Program-made: the position numbers and the translations under genes
NCBI GenBank assembly: GCA_031403915.1
Contig: JANNGP010000175.1
Span: 7,759-71,758 of the forward strand
Direction: 5' to 3'
Origin: Betaproteobacteria bacterium
Lineage (GTDB): Bacteria; Pseudomonadota; Gammaproteobacteria; Burkholderiales; Rhodocyclaceae
DNA: 64,000 bases
The notes under the pieces: model-generated
Databases searched by the model: none
What the model was told of the DNA's origin: nothing
Seen by the model: only the letters and a program-made list of their open reading frames with translations
Shown: positions 62,036 through 64,000 of the stretch, one piece after another
How the letters are laid out: every line of letters starts with the position of its first letter
Numbering within the stretch: position 1 is the stretch's first letter

Positions 62036-63120
62036 TAGATTCGAGGCGTCGAACAAAGCACATCCGCGCATTGCGCCCGATGACGCAGCGCGTGATCAAT
62101 CAGCACCAGCGCCAGCATGGCTTCGGCAATCGGCGTCGCCCGGATGCCGACGCAAGGATCGTGACGCCCGTGCGTTTCGACCATGGCCGGCTCCCCGGCC
62201 AGGTTAATCGAGCGGCGCGGCAGACGGATACTCGAGGTCGGCTTGATGGCCATGTGCACCACGATGTCCTGCCCGGTTGAAATCCCGCCCAGCACGCCGC
62301 CCGCGTTGTTACTGAGAAAGCCTTGCGGCGTCATCTCATCGCCGTGTTCGCTGCCCTTCTGCGCAATGCTGGCAAAACCGGCGCCAACCTCGACACCCTT
62401 GACCGCATTGATGCCCATCATGGCGTAAGCGATCTCGGCGTCCAGCCGGTCATACACCGGTTCGCCCCAGCCCGGCGGCACGCCGGTCGCCGCAACGCTG
62501 ATCTTCGCGCCCACTGAGTCGCCGGATTTACGCAGCGCGTCCATGTACGCCTCCAACTGCGGAACGATCGCCGCGTTGGGTGCAAAAAACGGGTTTTCAG
62601 CGATCTGTGCCGCATCGACAAACGGAATCGCTATCGGCCCAAGCTGGCTCATCCAGCCCTGAATCGTCACGCCATAGCGCTCTTTCAGCCACTTGCGCGC
62701 TATCGCCCCGGCTGCCACGCGCACCGCCGTCTCGCGTGCAGAGGAACGACCGCCACCGCGATAATCCCGGAAACCATATTTCTGTGTGTAAGCGTAATCC
62801 GCATGGCCGGGACGGAAAGTCTCGGCGATGTTGCCGTAGTCCTTGCTGCGCTGATCCTCGTTGCGAATGAGCAGGCCGATCGGCGTACCCGTCGTTTTGC
62901 CTTCGAAGACGCCGGAAAGAATCTCGACCGTGTCAGATTCGCGGCGCTGCGTCACATGGCGCGAAGTACCCGGCTTGCGCCGGTCGAGCTCGGCCTGAAT
63001 ATCCGCTGCGCAAATCTCCAGCCCCGGCGGGCAACCGTCAACCACACAGCCGATGGCCGAACCGTGCGACTCGCCAAAAGAGGTAACGGTAAAAAGTGTG
63101 CCAATCGTATTGCCGGACAT
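62035..63120 (-). CDS. aroC: Chorismate synthase
   Basis: [29 protein letters not shown] and GRHDPCVG; start ATG 63120. Confidence 0.97.
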   Translation of the reverse strand: MSGNTIGTLFTVTSFGESHGSAIGCVVDGCPPGLEICAADIQAELDRRKPGTSRHVTQRRESDTVEILSGVFEGKTTGTPIGLLIRNEDQRSKDYGNIAETFRPGHADYAYTQKYGFRDYRGGGRSSARETAVRVAAGAIARKWLKERYGVTIQGWMSQLGPIAIPFVDAAQIAENPFFAPNAAIVPQLEAYMDALRKSGDSVGAKISVAATGVPPGWGEPVYDRLDAEIAYAMMGINAVKGVEVGAGFASIAQKGSEHGDEMTPQGFLSNNAGGVLGGISTGQDIVVHMAIKPTSSIRLPRRSINLAGEPAMVETHGRHDPCVGIRATPIAEAMLALVLIDHALRHRAQCADVLCSTPRI

Positions 63121-63188
63121 GAATTTCTCGGGAGCGATAGAATTGCAGGAAAGTCTATCATAGCCCTGCCCCACATAACCCTACAGCC

Positions 63189-63368
63189 GTGACCAGCAAA
63201 CCAAAAACACCTGCCAAGCCGGGCTCAAACCCGGCACCCAAGCCCAAAGCACCGAACCCCACACCAGCCCACACCTCGACGCTTAACCCCTTGCGCCAGG
63301 CCGATAACCGCTGGCAACGCAGCGTACGTTATGGCTGGGATAAGGGCGGCAGCAAGGGCGGACGATAG
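63189..63368 (+). CDS. Possible small Lys/Pro-rich protein (59 aa)
   Basis: Hand-translated from GTG: VTSKPKTPAKPGSNPAPKPKAPNPTPAHTSTLNPLRQADNRWQRSVRYGWDKGGSKGGR; no clear RBS. Confidence 0.35.
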   Translation: MTSKPKTPAKPGSNPAPKPKAPNPTPAHTSTLNPLRQADNRWQRSVRYGWDKGGSKGGR

Positions 63369-63649
63369 CCTTCCTGCCGTGCGCTCGCTGAACCGCCGGG
63401 CGACGGCATCTCAGCAGCCGGGCCTGCGTGGGTTGATCGCCGAATTGCCGGCGGAATCGTTCCAGCTCTTTATGCAGGGGTTTCTTTGCTAATATCTACC
63501 ATAGATGATCCTCCTGTTATTGAGCGTGATTTCAGACACCACAATCTTAGCAAGCGAGGGTCTCAGCCTTTTTGTCTTTCATGCCGACAGCTACCCCATC
63601 GGCTTAAGGTGGTGCCATGTGAAGCTGGCCCTATATATTTGGAGTATCT

Positions 63650-64000
63650 ATGCAAAACCTTCCCCAAATTCAACACCTCATTTACGGCCAACTACTTACT
63701 GGCGGCACCCGATCACAAGAGGTATTCAACCCCGCCACAGGCCGGGCCGAAAAACGCGTGCTGCTGGCAGATACAGGCACCGTGCAAAAAGCTATCGCTA
63801 GCGCGCAAGCCGCTTACCCCGCTTGGCGCGCCACGCCACCCTTAAAGCGTGCGCGCATCATGAGCAAGTTCAAAACGCTGCTGGAAGAGAATGCCGACGC
63901 CATTTGCGCCCTGGTCACCGCTGAGCATGGCAAGGTGCTGAGTGATGCCATGGGGGAGCTGCAACGCGGCATCGAAAATGTCGAGTATGCAAGCTATGCG
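63650..64000 (+). CDS. mmsA: CoA-acylating methylmalonate-semialdehyde dehydrogenase, 5' part (runs off the window)
   Basis: GGAG RBS; hand-translated MQNLPQIQHLIYG...VFNPATG...AWRATPPLKRAR...AEHGKVLSDA.GELQRGIENVEYA. Confidence 0.85.
   Translation, partial: MQNLPQIQHLIYGQLLTGGTRSQEVFNPATGRAEKRVLLADTGTVQKAIASAQAAYPAWRATPPLKRARIMSKFKTLLEENADAICALVTAEHGKVLSDAMGELQRGIENVEYASYA

Noticed and set aside
63470-63502. GGAGG RBS plus a 10-aa minus-strand ORF MVDISKETPA, possibly a frameshifted remnant
   Set aside because: Too short, and the alternative-frame continuation matches no family I recognise.

Overview
A 64-kb, GC-rich bacterial chromosomal window. Gene content and order point to a betaproteobacterium, probably Rhodocyclales-like (inference). 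The backbone is housekeeping: acnB, dusC, arfB, yaaA, bioA-F-H-C-D, ispZ-bolA-ppiC, purL, nnr, aroC, the start of an mmsA-like dehydrogenase, and the conserved leuC-ecn-leuD-leuB-asd-fimV-truA-trpF-trpB-trpA-accD-folC-dedD-cvpA-purF-metZ run. Accessory DNA is inserted into this backbone. The strongest candidate for an undescribed system is a radical SAM/SPASM enzyme with a long C-terminal extension (22588-24447). It is translationally coupled to a 154-aa protein ending in a Gly-Gly motif plus a DTNS-(Asn)13-G tail, which looks like a RiPP precursor. Other notable items: (1) a chemoreceptor fused to a C-terminal TRAP DctP-type binding domain; (2) a solitary integron-type attC cassette plus a BrnT/BrnA pair between accD and folC; (3) a family of inverted-repeat elements built from 9-bp tandem units around the bio genes; (4) a 313-bp MITE sharing the aroC stop codon; (5) an RHH/VapC pair inside the biotin operon; (6) a CHAT/TPR protease; (7) two gene remnants; (8) a possible Trp attenuator between trpF and trpB. 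No rRNA, tRNA, CRISPR array, integrase or transposase was recognised. All product calls come from motif recognition by eye; no database search was run. Several starts were moved from the ORF track to a more plausible downstream codon.
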